Source: Candidatus Falkowbacteria bacterium
Lineage (GTDB): Bacteria > Patescibacteriota > Patescibacteriia > CAIXNZ01
NCBI GenBank assembly: GCA_016927685.1
Contig: JAFGMD010000021.1
Span: 21,913 to 85,912 of the forward strand
Length of the DNA: 64,000 nucleotides
Reading direction: 5' to 3'
A model generated the notes under the pieces. It worked only from the letters and a program-made list of their open reading frames with translations, was not told the origin of the DNA and searched no databases. Both the position numbers and the translations under genes were made by a program. Below, in pieces: positions 27,248 through 37,207 of this stretch. The number at the start of each line of letters is the position of its first letter. Position 1 is the first letter of the stretch.

Positions 27248-28330
27248 ATGTTCAAGAAAAAACAAAAAGTTGCGATTGCTATGAGCGGAGGAGTTGATTC
27301 TTCAGTTGCCGCCGCATTACTAAAAAAACAAGGCCTTGATGTTGTTGGTATTTTTATGCATTTTTGGTCAGACCCTCATTATGCGCCAAAACAAACCATT
27401 GCCAATAAATGCTGTTCAATTGACGCTGAAACAGATGCGCGTCGCGTGGCTGAAAGGCTTAATATTCCGATTTATACGATTAATCTTGATAATAATTTTA
27501 AAAAATACATAGTAGATAATTTTTTAGATGAATATAAAAGGGGCAGGACGCCTAATCCCTGTGTACGCTGTAATCAATTTATTAAATTTGGAGAATTTTG
27601 GATAAAAGCTAAATCTCTGGGCTGTGATTTTATTGCCACGGGCCATTATACTCAAATTAAAAAAGATAAAAACGGATTTCATTTACTTGAAGCCAAAGAT
27701 AAATCTAAAGACCAGTCATATTTTTTGTATCGTTTAAATCAGAAAATTCTATCTCATTGTTTATTTCCTCTTGGCGATTATAAAAAGGAAGAGATCAGAA
27801 AAATCGCGCAAAAATTAAAACTGCCAGTTTTTGCGAAAAAGGACTCGCAAGAAGTTTGCTTTATAAAAGAAAAAACGCCAGCAGAATTTTTAAAGAGGTA
27901 TTTAAAACCTCGAATGGGGGAGATAATTACGACTGGAGGCAAGGTTATGGGCAAACATCTTGGCTTGCCATATTATACAATCGGCCAAAGAAAGGGTTTG
28001 GGTTTAAGCGGAGGTCCTTGGTACGTTATTAATCTTAATGTTCAAAAAAATCAACTAATCATAACTGATGATCCGGGACATTCAGTGCTTTTTAATGATA
28101 TAATGTATGTATCGCAAATAAATTGGATAAACAATATTCCCAAAATGCCGGTTAAGGTTGAAATAAAAATCCGTTCTATGAATAAAAAACAATCGGGAAT
28201 CATTAGAAAAGAAAAAAATAGTTATCAAATTAAATTTAAAAATAAACAAAGGGCCATCACGCCTGGCCAATCAGCTGTTTTTTATAAAAAAGATGAAGTG
28301 CTCGGTGGTGGCATAATTATAAAAAAATGA
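27248..28330 (+). CDS. mnmA: tRNA-specific 2-thiouridylase MnmA
   Basis: PP-loop VAIAMSGGVDSSVAA, catalytic Cys (NPCVRCN), conserved QSYFL and the C-terminal domain. Confidence 0.9.
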   Translation: MFKKKQKVAIAMSGGVDSSVAAALLKKQGLDVVGIFMHFWSDPHYAPKQTIANKCCSIDAETDARRVAERLNIPIYTINLDNNFKKYIVDNFLDEYKRGRTPNPCVRCNQFIKFGEFWIKAKSLGCDFIATGHYTQIKKDKNGFHLLEAKDKSKDQSYFLYRLNQKILSHCLFPLGDYKKEEIRKIAQKLKLPVFAKKDSQEVCFIKEKTPAEFLKRYLKPRMGEIITTGGKVMGKHLGLPYYTIGQRKGLGLSGGPWYVINLNVQKNQLIITDDPGHSVLFNDIMYVSQINWINNIPKMPVKVEIKIRSMNKKQSGIIRKEKNSYQIKFKNKQRAITPGQSAVFYKKDEVLGGGIIIKK

Positions 28331-29493
28331 ATGGGTTATCAGTAAAACAAAAAATGCAAGGATTATTAGCAATTGCTTTTTTAATAGCGCTTAATTTTGC
28401 TTTTTTTGCATATGTTGAATCTACGTTCTTGAATCAATTCTTTACCCTAGAATTTATTGGTATTGTATTTTTTGTATCATATTTGATTACATTTTTCGCT
28501 ATAAACAAGTATCCGGATTTTATTACTAGATTTAATAATTACCATACAATTATTTTTTCTATCATTTTAGAAATTATCAGCATTGTTATTTTTCTTTTTT
28601 TCCAAAATCCAATTTTAGTAATCATAGGGTTCGTATTGTATATTGTCTCAACAAATTTGATTTGGATTAATTTTGATATATTTCTTGAGGCCTATACGTC
28701 AGATTCTGCTACCGGTAAAATCAGGGGGATATATTATACAATTCATAATCTTGGCTGGGTATGCGCGCCTTTTTTTGCTGGCAGCATATTACAAAACATC
28801 GGGTTTGATTGGATTTTTTATTGTGTAATTTTATTAGCCATATTACTTTTGGCTATTATTAAATTTATTTTTTCCAGTTTTAGAGTTAAATATGAAAGAA
28901 ACCATTTTAGTCTGAAAAGTACTGTTATTTCTGTAGTAAGGGATAGGAATATGGAAAGAATATTTTTTATTGCTATGCTTTTGCAGGTATTTTATGCAAC
29001 TATGGTAGTATATATGCCCATATATTTAAACCAATATATGGGACTTAATTGGTCTCAAATCGGCTTGATTTTTATGATAATGCTTTTGCCATTTATATTT
29101 TTGCAATATCCTGCTGGCTATCTGGCAGATAAATTTTGGGGCGAGAAAGAAATGCTTACTGCCGGCTTGGTAATTATGGCTATAAGTTCAATAAGTGTCT
29201 TTTTTATTGAAAGCAATAGTATGCTTCTTTGGGCATTTATTCTATTTTTTAGCAGAATTGGCGCCAGCATAACTGAAATAATGAGAGATACTTATTTTTT
29301 CAAAAAAGTAGATGTTGAGAATATTCATATAATAAATGCTTTCCGTTCTACAACTCCCTTGGCTTATATAATAGTGCCTATTTTTTCTAGTATTTTGCTT
29401 TATTTCTTGCCATTTAATTATATTTTTTTAATTTTAGGATTGTTTATAACCAGCGGGCTGACTTTTTCATTGACATTGAGAGATACAAAATAA
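28327..29493 (+). CDS. MFS-type transporter
   Basis: About 12 predicted TM helices in two halves; overlaps the mnmA stop. Confidence 0.55.
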   Translation: MNGLSVKQKMQGLLAIAFLIALNFAFFAYVESTFLNQFFTLEFIGIVFFVSYLITFFAINKYPDFITRFNNYHTIIFSIILEIISIVIFLFFQNPILVIIGFVLYIVSTNLIWINFDIFLEAYTSDSATGKIRGIYYTIHNLGWVCAPFFAGSILQNIGFDWIFYCVILLAILLLAIIKFIFSSFRVKYERNHFSLKSTVISVVRDRNMERIFFIAMLLQVFYATMVVYMPIYLNQYMGLNWSQIGLIFMIMLLPFIFLQYPAGYLADKFWGEKEMLTAGLVIMAISSISVFFIESNSMLLWAFILFFSRIGASITEIMRDTYFFKKVDVENIHIINAFRSTTPLAYIIVPIFSSILLYFLPFNYIFLILGLFITSGLTFSLTLRDTK

Positions 29494-29536
29494 ATAAAAA
29501 TACACCCCAATCAAGGGGTGTTTTTTTATTTAAAAA

Positions 29537-29998
29537 TTATTTAATTACCCAGGAAGGCAAAATAGTGAAATTTAGATTAATTTTAAAAACATCAAAATAA
29601 GCAAGAATAATAATTAATACAGTGTAAATTAGAGTGATTAATGCTTGTTTCCAAAGCGTTTCTTTTTCTTCTGATTTGCCAGTAATGCTATAATGAATCA
29701 TTAAAAATCCTAATAAATTAGTTAAAAAGTATCCGACAATAAATAAAATTATAAAAAACCAGCGAGGGATCAAAATAAAAATATGAATTATTCTGCCCAC
29801 TGCATAGGCAAATCCGTAAGCAAGGGGAAAATTGATAAAAATATCATTCCACCAGGAAAGGGGAGATAGTAAAAATCCTATAACAGCCAGCGTGCCCCTT
29901 TTAAGCCAAGTTGTAATTTTAAAATATTGTTCAGCCATAAATAAATTATAACCAAAAATTTCTAAAAGAAAAAGGGCCTGGTCTAAAACCAAGCCCAT
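29537..29998 (-). CDS. integral membrane protein (unknown function)
   Basis: 153 aa with 4 TM helices. Confidence 0.35.
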   Translation of the reverse strand: MGLVLDQALFLLEIFGYNLFMAEQYFKITTWLKRGTLAVIGFLLSPLSWWNDIFINFPLAYGFAYAVGRIIHIFILIPRWFFIILFIVGYFLTNLLGFLMIHYSITGKSEEKETLWKQALITLIYTVLIIILAYFDVFKINLNFTILPSWVIK

Positions 29999-30009
29999 TT
30001 TTTTAAATT

Positions 30010-30948
30010 TTATTTTATCGCGAAAACGCGCGATTTACCTGCTCTTTTGGCTTTACGCATCAGCTCATTGGCCCTGCGCACTGCCCGAACCAGATTTTCT
30101 TCTTCTGGCGTATTGACCTGATAAAGGCCGGCCGAGAAGGAAATGGACTGCTCCTCGAATCCTCCTTCTTTGAGAGTGAAATCGCTGAAGTGCTCGAGAA
30201 TAGCATTCATTCTTTTTTGCATGATTTCAAGCGGCTGGCGCCAGATGACCACGAATTCGTCTCCGCCGACTCGGGCGAAAATGTCATCGCTGCGTAAAAG
30301 GCGTCGCAATTCGGAAACGAAAGCAATAAGCAGTTTGTCTCCGAATGCCTCCAGATGGCGCTTGTTGACCTGGCCGAATTCGTCCAAATCAATGTAAGCC
30401 ACTGAAACAGGCACATGCGGCGAGCGAAGTAGTTCGCTCTGCAGTTCTTTCATCTTCCATTCCAAGCCGCGACGATTCAAGATGCCGGTCAATGGATCGG
30501 TAAAGCGGAAGTTGTCTATGTTGGTCCGTTGGCGGAAGACCTCATCCAGGAACAAACCTACTGAACCTAGCATTTCTACCTGGCCCTGAGTAAAATTCCT
30601 GGCCTTGGTCGTATCATCGAGTGCCAGCAAAGCAACGATTTCGTCGCCGTCATGGATCGAAACATAGATGTCCCAGCCGATGCCACTGGTCGGATTTCTG
30701 ATAATCCTGTTGCTGAGGTCAAATCTGAATTCATGGCGCGAATCAAGCACGTCTGTGCCGATCTGCCCATGAATGCCCCTCAAGATAAATTCGTCCGTGT
30801 TGCCGCTATCCGCTCTGACAAAGATCGCCAAGCGGTTAACGTGCAGATCGATGGACAAATTCTTGAGCAAAACCTTCACGAACTCATGTATGCCTTTTGT
30901 TAGGGCGGCGATCAATTCTGTGATTCGACGATAATGGTCTGCAATCAT
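30010..30948 (-). CDS. GGDEF-domain diguanylate cyclase with an N-terminal sensor-like domain
   Basis: GGDEF signature (LTGILNRRGLE...AYIDLDEFGQVN...RVGGDEFVVI). GC is about 50-55% against about 33% in the surroundings. Confidence 0.8.
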   Translation of the reverse strand: MIADHYRRITELIAALTKGIHEFVKVLLKNLSIDLHVNRLAIFVRADSGNTDEFILRGIHGQIGTDVLDSRHEFRFDLSNRIIRNPTSGIGWDIYVSIHDGDEIVALLALDDTTKARNFTQGQVEMLGSVGLFLDEVFRQRTNIDNFRFTDPLTGILNRRGLEWKMKELQSELLRSPHVPVSVAYIDLDEFGQVNKRHLEAFGDKLLIAFVSELRRLLRSDDIFARVGGDEFVVIWRQPLEIMQKRMNAILEHFSDFTLKEGGFEEQSISFSAGLYQVNTPEEENLVRAVRRANELMRKAKRAGKSRVFAIK

Positions 30949-31054
30949 TTATACCTCCTTATTTTTTTGTTAAACATCAATCATTACATTAAATCATATT
31001 TTCCATATTTTGTCAATATTTCGCCTTGCTTTAAGCCCTTAAATCAGCTATAAT

Positions 31055-32875
31055 TTGTATATGGAAGCACACGAACTGCGCAAAAAATATATAGATTTTT
31101 TTGTATCAAAGGGGCATACACATATACCTAGCGCTTCTTTAATTCCAGAAAATGACCCCTCTGTACTCTTTACCACAGCTGGCATGCATCCCTTAGTTCC
31201 TTATTTAATGGGAGAAGCGCATCCTGGCGGTAAAAGAGTTGTTAATGTGCAAAAATGCATCAGAACATCTGATATTGATGAAGTGGGAGATAATCGTCAT
31301 TTAACTTTTTTTGAAATGATGGGAAATTGGTCCTTTGGCGATTATTTTAAAAAAGAGGCTATAGAGTGGAGTTGGGAATTTTTAACTGATCCCGCTTGGC
31401 TTGGCTTGGATCCGCAAAGGATTTATGTCACGGTTTTTAGGGGCGAAGAGGGGATACCTAAAGATGAGGAATCGGTTAAAATCTGGCAAACCATTTTTAA
31501 GCAAGAAGGCCTTACCCACGAAATTGCTAAAAACGAAAAAGTAGATGACACTACCAGAATTATTCCGCTTGGCAAAGAAGATAATTTTTGGATAGCAGGC
31601 GCGACAGGCCCTTGCGGCGCAGACACTGAAATGTTCTATGACACTAATCCGCAAGCAGGTCCATTAACTGGTAATTTTAGTGATTTAGTTAAAAGTGGCA
31701 GGCTTATTGAAATCTGGAATGATGTTTTTATGGAATTTAATAAAACGCCAGAAAATAAGTATGTGCCGCTTAAACAGCAAAATGTAGATACTGGCATGGG
31801 TCTAGAGAGAACAATTACAGTACTCAATGGTTTTGAAAATGTTTTTCAGACAGAATTTTTTCAGCCGTTTTTTAAAGAGATAGAAAAACTTTCTGATAAA
31901 AAATATTCTGAGGAAGAAAATACGCACGCTTTTAGAATTATTGCGGACCACATTAAAACCGCTACCTTTATCTTGGGAGATCCTAAAGGGCTAACGCCCT
32001 CTAATGTAGATCGGGGTTACATTTTACGTCGACTTATTCGTCGTGCAGTCAGGTTTGGTAAACTTTTAGGCATAAAAAATATTTTTACCTTTAAACTTGC
32101 CGAACAAGTTATAAAAATGTATAAGGATACTTACCCGGAGCTAAAAGACAATAAAGAATTCATAGTCAATCAGCTTTCTTTAGAAGAGGAAAAATTTAAT
32201 AAGACCTTAAGTCAGGGTCTTAAAGAGCTAGAAAAAATGTCTAAAGATAAAAATATTTCAGGGAAAGAAGCGTTTATTTTATTTACAACTTACGGCTTCC
32301 CCTTTGAAATGACTAAAGAAATAGCTGAAGAAAATGGATTTAAGATAAATGATAAAGAATTTAATGATGAATTTAAAAAACATCAACAGCTTTCCCGTAC
32401 TGCCAGCGCCGGTATGTTTAAGGGAGGGCTAGCCGATACCTCTGATGCCACAAAAAAATTACACACTGCCGCTCATTTAATGTTGGCAGCTTTAAGAAAA
32501 GTTTTGGGTGCAGAAGTTTATCAAAAGGGAAGTAATATCACGGCTGACCGTTTAAGATTTGATTTTAGTTATGATAAAAAAATGACTCCCGAACAAATTA
32601 GGGAGGTGGAGGATTTAGTTAATGAAAAAATAAAAGAGAAAATTCCTGTTAATTGTGAAGAAATGGATACTGAAGAAGCTAAAAGGCAAGGCGCTATGGG
32701 CGTCTTTGGCCATAAATATGGGGACAAGGTAAAAGTCTATTCTGTTGGTAGCTTTAGCAAAGAAATATGTGGCGGTCCTCATGTAGAAAATACTGGGGAT
32801 TTGGGACATTTTAAGATTCAAAAAGAGGAGAGTTCTTCTGCTGGGGTTCGCAGAATTAAAGCAATTTTAGAATAA
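31055..32875 (+). CDS. alaS: alanine--tRNA ligase (short form lacking the C-Ala domain)
   Basis: The class II catalytic core is FTTAGMHPLVPYLMG, RHLTFFEMMGNWSFGDYFK; the editing-domain motifs are HTAAHLMLAAL...CGGPHV. 606 aa; the likely start is ATG 31061 (MEAHELRKKYIDFF). Confidence 0.85.
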   Translation: MYMEAHELRKKYIDFFVSKGHTHIPSASLIPENDPSVLFTTAGMHPLVPYLMGEAHPGGKRVVNVQKCIRTSDIDEVGDNRHLTFFEMMGNWSFGDYFKKEAIEWSWEFLTDPAWLGLDPQRIYVTVFRGEEGIPKDEESVKIWQTIFKQEGLTHEIAKNEKVDDTTRIIPLGKEDNFWIAGATGPCGADTEMFYDTNPQAGPLTGNFSDLVKSGRLIEIWNDVFMEFNKTPENKYVPLKQQNVDTGMGLERTITVLNGFENVFQTEFFQPFFKEIEKLSDKKYSEEENTHAFRIIADHIKTATFILGDPKGLTPSNVDRGYILRRLIRRAVRFGKLLGIKNIFTFKLAEQVIKMYKDTYPELKDNKEFIVNQLSLEEEKFNKTLSQGLKELEKMSKDKNISGKEAFILFTTYGFPFEMTKEIAEENGFKINDKEFNDEFKKHQQLSRTASAGMFKGGLADTSDATKKLHTAAHLMLAALRKVLGAEVYQKGSNITADRLRFDFSYDKKMTPEQIREVEDLVNEKIKEKIPVNCEEMDTEEAKRQGAMGVFGHKYGDKVKVYSVGSFSKEICGGPHVENTGDLGHFKIQKEESSSAGVRRIKAILE

Positions 32876-33030
32876 AACTTGACAATTTTTTACATTTCTA
32901 TATAATTTAGATATATAATTTAATTAGCTAAATTATAAGCAAACAAATAAAACAACCGGTTTTTTGCAAAAGATTCTTGCAAAGAATCCTTTTTTTTGTT
33001 ATTATTTAAAACACGTCAAAAAAACACACT

Positions 33031-33270
33031 ATGGTTGATAGCGAAAATGCTAATAAAACCAGTAAAAATTTTATTGAAACAAAAGGTGTTGTTATTGAAC
33101 TTTTACCAGCCGGCAGTTTTAAGGTGAAATTGGAAAATGGGCAAGAAATCCTGGGATTTCTTTCGGGCAAAATGAGAATGAATAAAATTAGAATTTTGCC
33201 GGGCGATGAAGTAAAAGTTGAAATGACACCCTATGACCTCTCCAAGGGTCGCATCATCTATCGTTTCTAA
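33031..33270 (+). CDS. infA: translation initiation factor IF-1
   Basis: S1-like fold, [25 protein letters not shown]...RILPGDEV. Confidence 0.9.
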   Translation: MVDSENANKTSKNFIETKGVVIELLPAGSFKVKLENGQEILGFLSGKMRMNKIRILPGDEVKVEMTPYDLSKGRIIYRF

Positions 33271-33312
33271 TTAATTGAAATTAAGAATAGACCAAAAGTC
33301 TTTTTATTTTCT

Positions 33313-33426
33313 ATGAAAGTTAGAGCATCAGTAAAACCAAGATGCCGAGATTGTAAAGTTATCAGACGCAAAAAACGCGTTTGGGTAATTTGCAAGAACC
33401 CTAAACATAAGCAACGCCAGGGTTAA
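33313..33426 (+). CDS. rpmJ: 50S ribosomal protein L36
   Basis: Manual translation [37 protein letters not shown] (37 aa), below the ORF-track cutoff. Confidence 0.85.
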   Translation: MKVRASVKPRCRDCKVIRRKKRVWVICKNPKHKQRQG

Positions 33427-33480
33427 GTTTTTATTATTCCAATCCCTAATTACTAATTACCAATTCCTAATTACTATCAT

Positions 33481-33873
33481 ATGTCAATTCGTATCGCAGG
33501 CGTTACAATCCCACAAGATAAAAGAATAGAGGTTGCTTTAACCTATATTTATGGCATTGGCCGTCCTGCGGCTGCTAAAATTTTAAAAGACTTAAAAATT
33601 GATCCTAATGTCAGGACAAAAAATTTGACAGCTGTTGATGAAGGCAAGTTAAGAGATTATTTAAAAGATAATTATAAAGTTGAAGGAGATTTAAAAAGAG
33701 AGGTACTGGGCAATATTAAAAGATTAAAAGAAATTAGAAGTTATAGAGGTGTTAGACACGAAAGACATTTGCCTGTACGTGGACAAAGAACTAAAACTAA
33801 TTCAAGAACTGTACGAGGCAATAAGAGGGTTACTTTAGGTAGTGGTAGAAAACCAGCAGCTCAAAAGACATAA
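33481..33873 (+). CDS. rpsM: 30S ribosomal protein S13
   Basis: [31 protein letters not shown]...[21 protein letters not shown]. Confidence 0.9.
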   Translation: MSIRIAGVTIPQDKRIEVALTYIYGIGRPAAAKILKDLKIDPNVRTKNLTAVDEGKLRDYLKDNYKVEGDLKREVLGNIKRLKEIRSYRGVRHERHLPVRGQRTKTNSRTVRGNKRVTLGSGRKPAAQKT

Positions 33874-33886
33874 TATTTAATTAAAT

Positions 33887-34450
33887 ATGGCAGAAAAAAT
33901 TAAAAAAGAATCCACTTCCGCTCTGGCTTCGGCCAAGACGAGCAAAACTGCGGTGGATAAAGAAAAAGAAGTTTTGAAAGACGAAAAGGTTGTAAAACAG
34001 CCCGAAATTAAAATTGAAAAAATAGAAGAAAAAAAGGAAGATATTAAAGATGTTACCTCTGAAAAACCAATTAAAGTTATCAAAAAGAAAAAAAATATTA
34101 GGCAAATTACACACGGTCGTGCTTATATTCAGGCAACTTATAATAATACCATAATCACCTTGACAGATTTAAATGGTAATGTTTTGTCATGGTCAAGTGC
34201 GGGACAAAACGGCTTTAAAGGGCCTAAAAAAGCCACCCCTTATGCGGCTTCTGTTATTGTAAAAGATGCTGTTGAAAAGGCCAGTGTTTATGGCTTAAAA
34301 AATGTTAATGCATTCGTTAAAGGAGTTGGCTCAGGACGTGAAGCAGCTGTACGCGCTTTAAATACGTATGGCTTAAATGTTATATCAATTAAAGATATAA
34401 CACCCATTCCGCATAATGGTTGCCGCGCTAGAAAGCCAAGAAGAATTTAA
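33887..34450 (+). CDS. rpsK: 30S ribosomal protein S11 with a Lys/Glu-rich N-terminal extension of about 60 aa
   Basis: The C-terminal 125 aa match S11 ([29 protein letters not shown]...TPYAA...[13 protein letters not shown]). Confidence 0.9.
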   Translation: MAEKIKKESTSALASAKTSKTAVDKEKEVLKDEKVVKQPEIKIEKIEEKKEDIKDVTSEKPIKVIKKKKNIRQITHGRAYIQATYNNTIITLTDLNGNVLSWSSAGQNGFKGPKKATPYAASVIVKDAVEKASVYGLKNVNAFVKGVGSGREAAVRALNTYGLNVISIKDITPIPHNGCRARKPRRI

Positions 34451-34491
34451 TTAATTCATATTTCATAATTCATAGTTCATATTTAATCAAA

Positions 34492-35118
34492 ATGGCAAGA
34501 AATATTAATGCAAAATGTAAACAGTGTCGTAGGGAAGGAACTAAACTATTTCTTAAGGGTGAGCGCTGTATGTCTCCAAAATGCGCCATGGTTAAGAGAA
34601 ATTTTCCACCCGGCGTTCATGGCGGAAAAGGTTACCCCCGCTCAACTTCTTATGGTTTGCAATTGCGAGAAAAACAGAAAACAAAGAAAATTTACAGACT
34701 TTTAGAAGCTCAATTTTATAATTATTTCGTTAAAGCTTCAAAATCTCGCGCAAATACAGAAGAAGTTCTTTTTCAATTATTGGAAATGAGGTTTGATAAT
34801 ATAATTTATCGTGCTGGTTTCGCAAAATCTCGCGATTTAGCCAGACAGCTTATCGGCCATAAACATTTTTTGGTTAATAATAAAAGGGTTAATATTCCAT
34901 CATATCGTATAAAAGTAGGCGATACTATTAGCGTTAAAGAAAAAAGCTTGATGTTAAAAGCATTCAGTAATATTAAGGAACAAGTTAAAAAAGTAGAAGG
35001 GTTAAGCTGGCTTTCAATTACTCCAGATAAATTGGAAATAAAAGTTGTAGATAAACCAAAACTAGCAGATTTAAAAGAATTTAACCCGAAATTAATCGTA
35101 GAATTTTATTCAAAATAA
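34492..35118 (+). CDS. rpsD: 30S ribosomal protein S4
   Basis: An N-terminal zinc-binding region (CKQCRREGTKLFLKGERCMSPKC) and an S4 domain. Confidence 0.9.
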   Translation: MARNINAKCKQCRREGTKLFLKGERCMSPKCAMVKRNFPPGVHGGKGYPRSTSYGLQLREKQKTKKIYRLLEAQFYNYFVKASKSRANTEEVLFQLLEMRFDNIIYRAGFAKSRDLARQLIGHKHFLVNNKRVNIPSYRIKVGDTISVKEKSLMLKAFSNIKEQVKKVEGLSWLSITPDKLEIKVVDKPKLADLKEFNPKLIVEFYSK

Positions 35119-35148
35119 AAATAAATTTTTAAAATTAATCTTTTTTTT

Positions 35149-35922
35149 ATGGAAAATCTCTTCTTGCCAAATAAAATTGAACTAAAAAAAGGTATAGATG
35201 AAAATGAGGGTGTCTTAGTAATAGAACCCTTATTTCATGGCTATGGCACAACAATAGGGAATGCTTTGAGAAGAGTATTGTTATCGTCTTTACCAGGCGC
35301 TGCAGTTACTTCATTTAAAATCAAAGGGGCCACTCATGAATTTTCAGCTGTAAAGGGAGTTCAAGAAGATGTCTTGCAGATTGTACTAAACCTTAAGCAG
35401 TTGCGTTTAAAAATGTTTGTAGATGAACCAGTTGTTTTAAAATTGCACAAAAAGGCTGAGGGCGCGGTTACCGCTGCTGATATAGATAAGGATGCCAGTG
35501 TGCAAATTATAAATGGGGATTTAAAAATTGCTACTATTACGGACAAAGGAACGGAATTAAACATGGAAATTACCGTTGAAAAAGGTTTGGGTTTTGATCC
35601 AACAGAAAATAGAGATAAAACAAAATTGCCGGTTGGCGCTATTGCTATTGATGCAATTTTTACTCCAATCAAGGATATTGGCTTTAAAGTGGAAGATACG
35701 CGTGTCGGGCAGATTACTAACTATGACAAATTAACCATGAATATTAAGACAGATGGCACAATTACGCCATCATATGCTATTAATTTTGCCGCTAAATTAT
35801 TAATAGATCATTTTAGCTTAGTCACTAATGAACAAAATATTCCCGTGGAAATGACTAAGGAGGTAAAGACTGAAACTAAAAAAGCTAAAAAGCCCAGAGC
35901 AACTAAAAAAACCAAAAAATAA
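35149..35922 (+). CDS. rpoA: DNA-directed RNA polymerase alpha subunit, N-terminal domain only (no alpha-CTD), with a Lys-rich tail
   Basis: The alpha-NTD is recognisable (GYGTTIGNALRRVLLSSLPGAAVT; insert/dimerisation regions). The protein ends at 257 aa with KKAKKPRATKKTKK, and rplQ starts 3 nt later. Confidence 0.8.
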   Translation: MENLFLPNKIELKKGIDENEGVLVIEPLFHGYGTTIGNALRRVLLSSLPGAAVTSFKIKGATHEFSAVKGVQEDVLQIVLNLKQLRLKMFVDEPVVLKLHKKAEGAVTAADIDKDASVQIINGDLKIATITDKGTELNMEITVEKGLGFDPTENRDKTKLPVGAIAIDAIFTPIKDIGFKVEDTRVGQITNYDKLTMNIKTDGTITPSYAINFAAKLLIDHFSLVTNEQNIPVEMTKEVKTETKKAKKPRATKKTKK

Positions 35923-35924
35923 TT

Positions 35925-36275
35925 ATGAGGCATGCGAATAAAAAGAAAATTTTAGATAGAGCTAGTGCTCAAAGAAAAGCCTTGCTAAGAAGTTTAGCAA
36001 CCAGCTTAATTTTATATGAAAAAATTAAAACAACTCAGGCCAAGGCTAAGGTTTTAAGGCCTTTTGTGGAAAAACTCATTACCAAAGGCAAAAAAAATGA
36101 TTTATTAGCCAGAAGAGACTTGAAAAAGGTTCTGTATAAAGAAACTGCAGTAAAAAAGGTGTTAGAGGTATTAAGCCCTCGTTATAAGGAAAGAAAAGGG
36201 GGCTATACTAGAATAATTAAACTTAGCGCAAGAAAAGGTGACGCGGCTAAGATGGCTATCATTGAATTTGTATAA
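35925..36275 (+). CDS. rplQ: 50S ribosomal protein L17
   Basis: MRHANKKKILDRASAQRKALLRSLATSL...TRII. Confidence 0.9.
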   Translation: MRHANKKKILDRASAQRKALLRSLATSLILYEKIKTTQAKAKVLRPFVEKLITKGKKNDLLARRDLKKVLYKETAVKKVLEVLSPRYKERKGGYTRIIKLSARKGDAAKMAIIEFV

Positions 36276-36279
36276 ATTT

Positions 36280-36675
36280 ATGAAATCAACAAATTTAAAC
36301 GTAAAAACTCAAAGAAAAACCATAACTCTTGATGCTAAGGGCGTACCAGTTGGTCGTTTAGCTACTCAAATTGCCAAGATATTGATGGGCAAACATAAAG
36401 TTGGTTATACGCCGCATATTAATGATGGTGATTTTGTAGTAGTTATAAATTCAGATAAAATAATTTTTACTGGAAATAAACTAGCGCAAAAAGTTTATAG
36501 GCATCATAGCGGTTATCCGGGAGGTCTAAAAGAAATTAAAGTGCAAAAAGTTTTTTCTGAAAATCCTGGCAAGGTTATAATTCATGCGGTAGATAAGATG
36601 TTGCCTAAAAATAGACAAAGAAAAGAAATGTTAAAAAGATTGACCGTGCTTCGCCCAGGCGAGCATATTAAATAA
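36280..36675 (+). CDS. rplM: 50S ribosomal protein L13
   Basis: MKSTNLNVKTQRKTITLDAKGVPVGRLATQIAKIL...; the start was moved to the in-frame ATG 36280 after the rplQ stop. Confidence 0.9.
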   Translation: MKSTNLNVKTQRKTITLDAKGVPVGRLATQIAKILMGKHKVGYTPHINDGDFVVVINSDKIIFTGNKLAQKVYRHHSGYPGGLKEIKVQKVFSENPGKVIIHAVDKMLPKNRQRKEMLKRLTVLRPGEHIK

Positions 36676-36676
36676 T

Positions 36677-37099
36677 ATGGATAAAGCTCAAATTAAAACA
36701 AAAGATACATTAAGTAAATATTCTTTTGCGGTTGGACGCAGAAAAACATCTATTGCCAGAGTTAAACTATTTGTTAGGGGCAAGGGCGAAATTACTATTA
36801 ACGGTAAAAAATCACAGGAATATTTACCCGATTATGTATTACAGGAAACTATTAATGCTCCCTTGAAACTTGTTAATTTGGCAAAGGCAGATGTTATAGC
36901 GGTTGTTAGTGGTGGCGGAAAAAGGGGACAGGCAGAGGCTCTTAGACTGGCAATTGCCAGAGCTTTAATAAAATCCGATAAGGATTTGCGTAAAACTTTG
37001 AAAGTCGCCGGCTTTTTACACAGGGATCCAAGAATTAAAGAAAGAAAGAAACCAGGACTTAAACGAGCCAGACGCGCGCCACAATGGCAAAAACGTTAA
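36677..37099 (+). CDS. rpsI: 30S ribosomal protein S9
   Basis: AVGRRKTSIARV..., and a C-terminal KPGLKRARRAPQWQKR. Confidence 0.9.
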   Translation: MDKAQIKTKDTLSKYSFAVGRRKTSIARVKLFVRGKGEITINGKKSQEYLPDYVLQETINAPLKLVNLAKADVIAVVSGGGKRGQAEALRLAIARALIKSDKDLRKTLKVAGFLHRDPRIKERKKPGLKRARRAPQWQKR

Positions 37100-37207
37100 T
37101 ACTCATATACAAAAACACTCCAGGAATGGGGTGTTTTTGAATTTATTAGTATTTGACAAAATTGTATTTCTGTGTTAATATATAAAATTATAAAAAAGGA
37201 GGTGAAG

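Noticed and set aside
32876-33030. Possible small RNA between the alaS stop and infA (promoter TTGACA…TATAAT at 32879-32907 and hairpin aagattcttGCAaagaatcct + T-run at about 32969-33000)
   Set aside because: It could equally be the infA or ribosomal-operon promoter with an attenuator or leader hairpin. There is no independent evidence for a discrete sRNA, so it is not called.
33877-34114. Minus-strand ORFs of 68 and 77 aa overlapping the rpsK 5' region
   Set aside because: They are antisense to the Lys/Glu-rich extension of S11. Low-complexity (F/N-rich) translations are artifacts of the AAG/GAA-rich coding strand.
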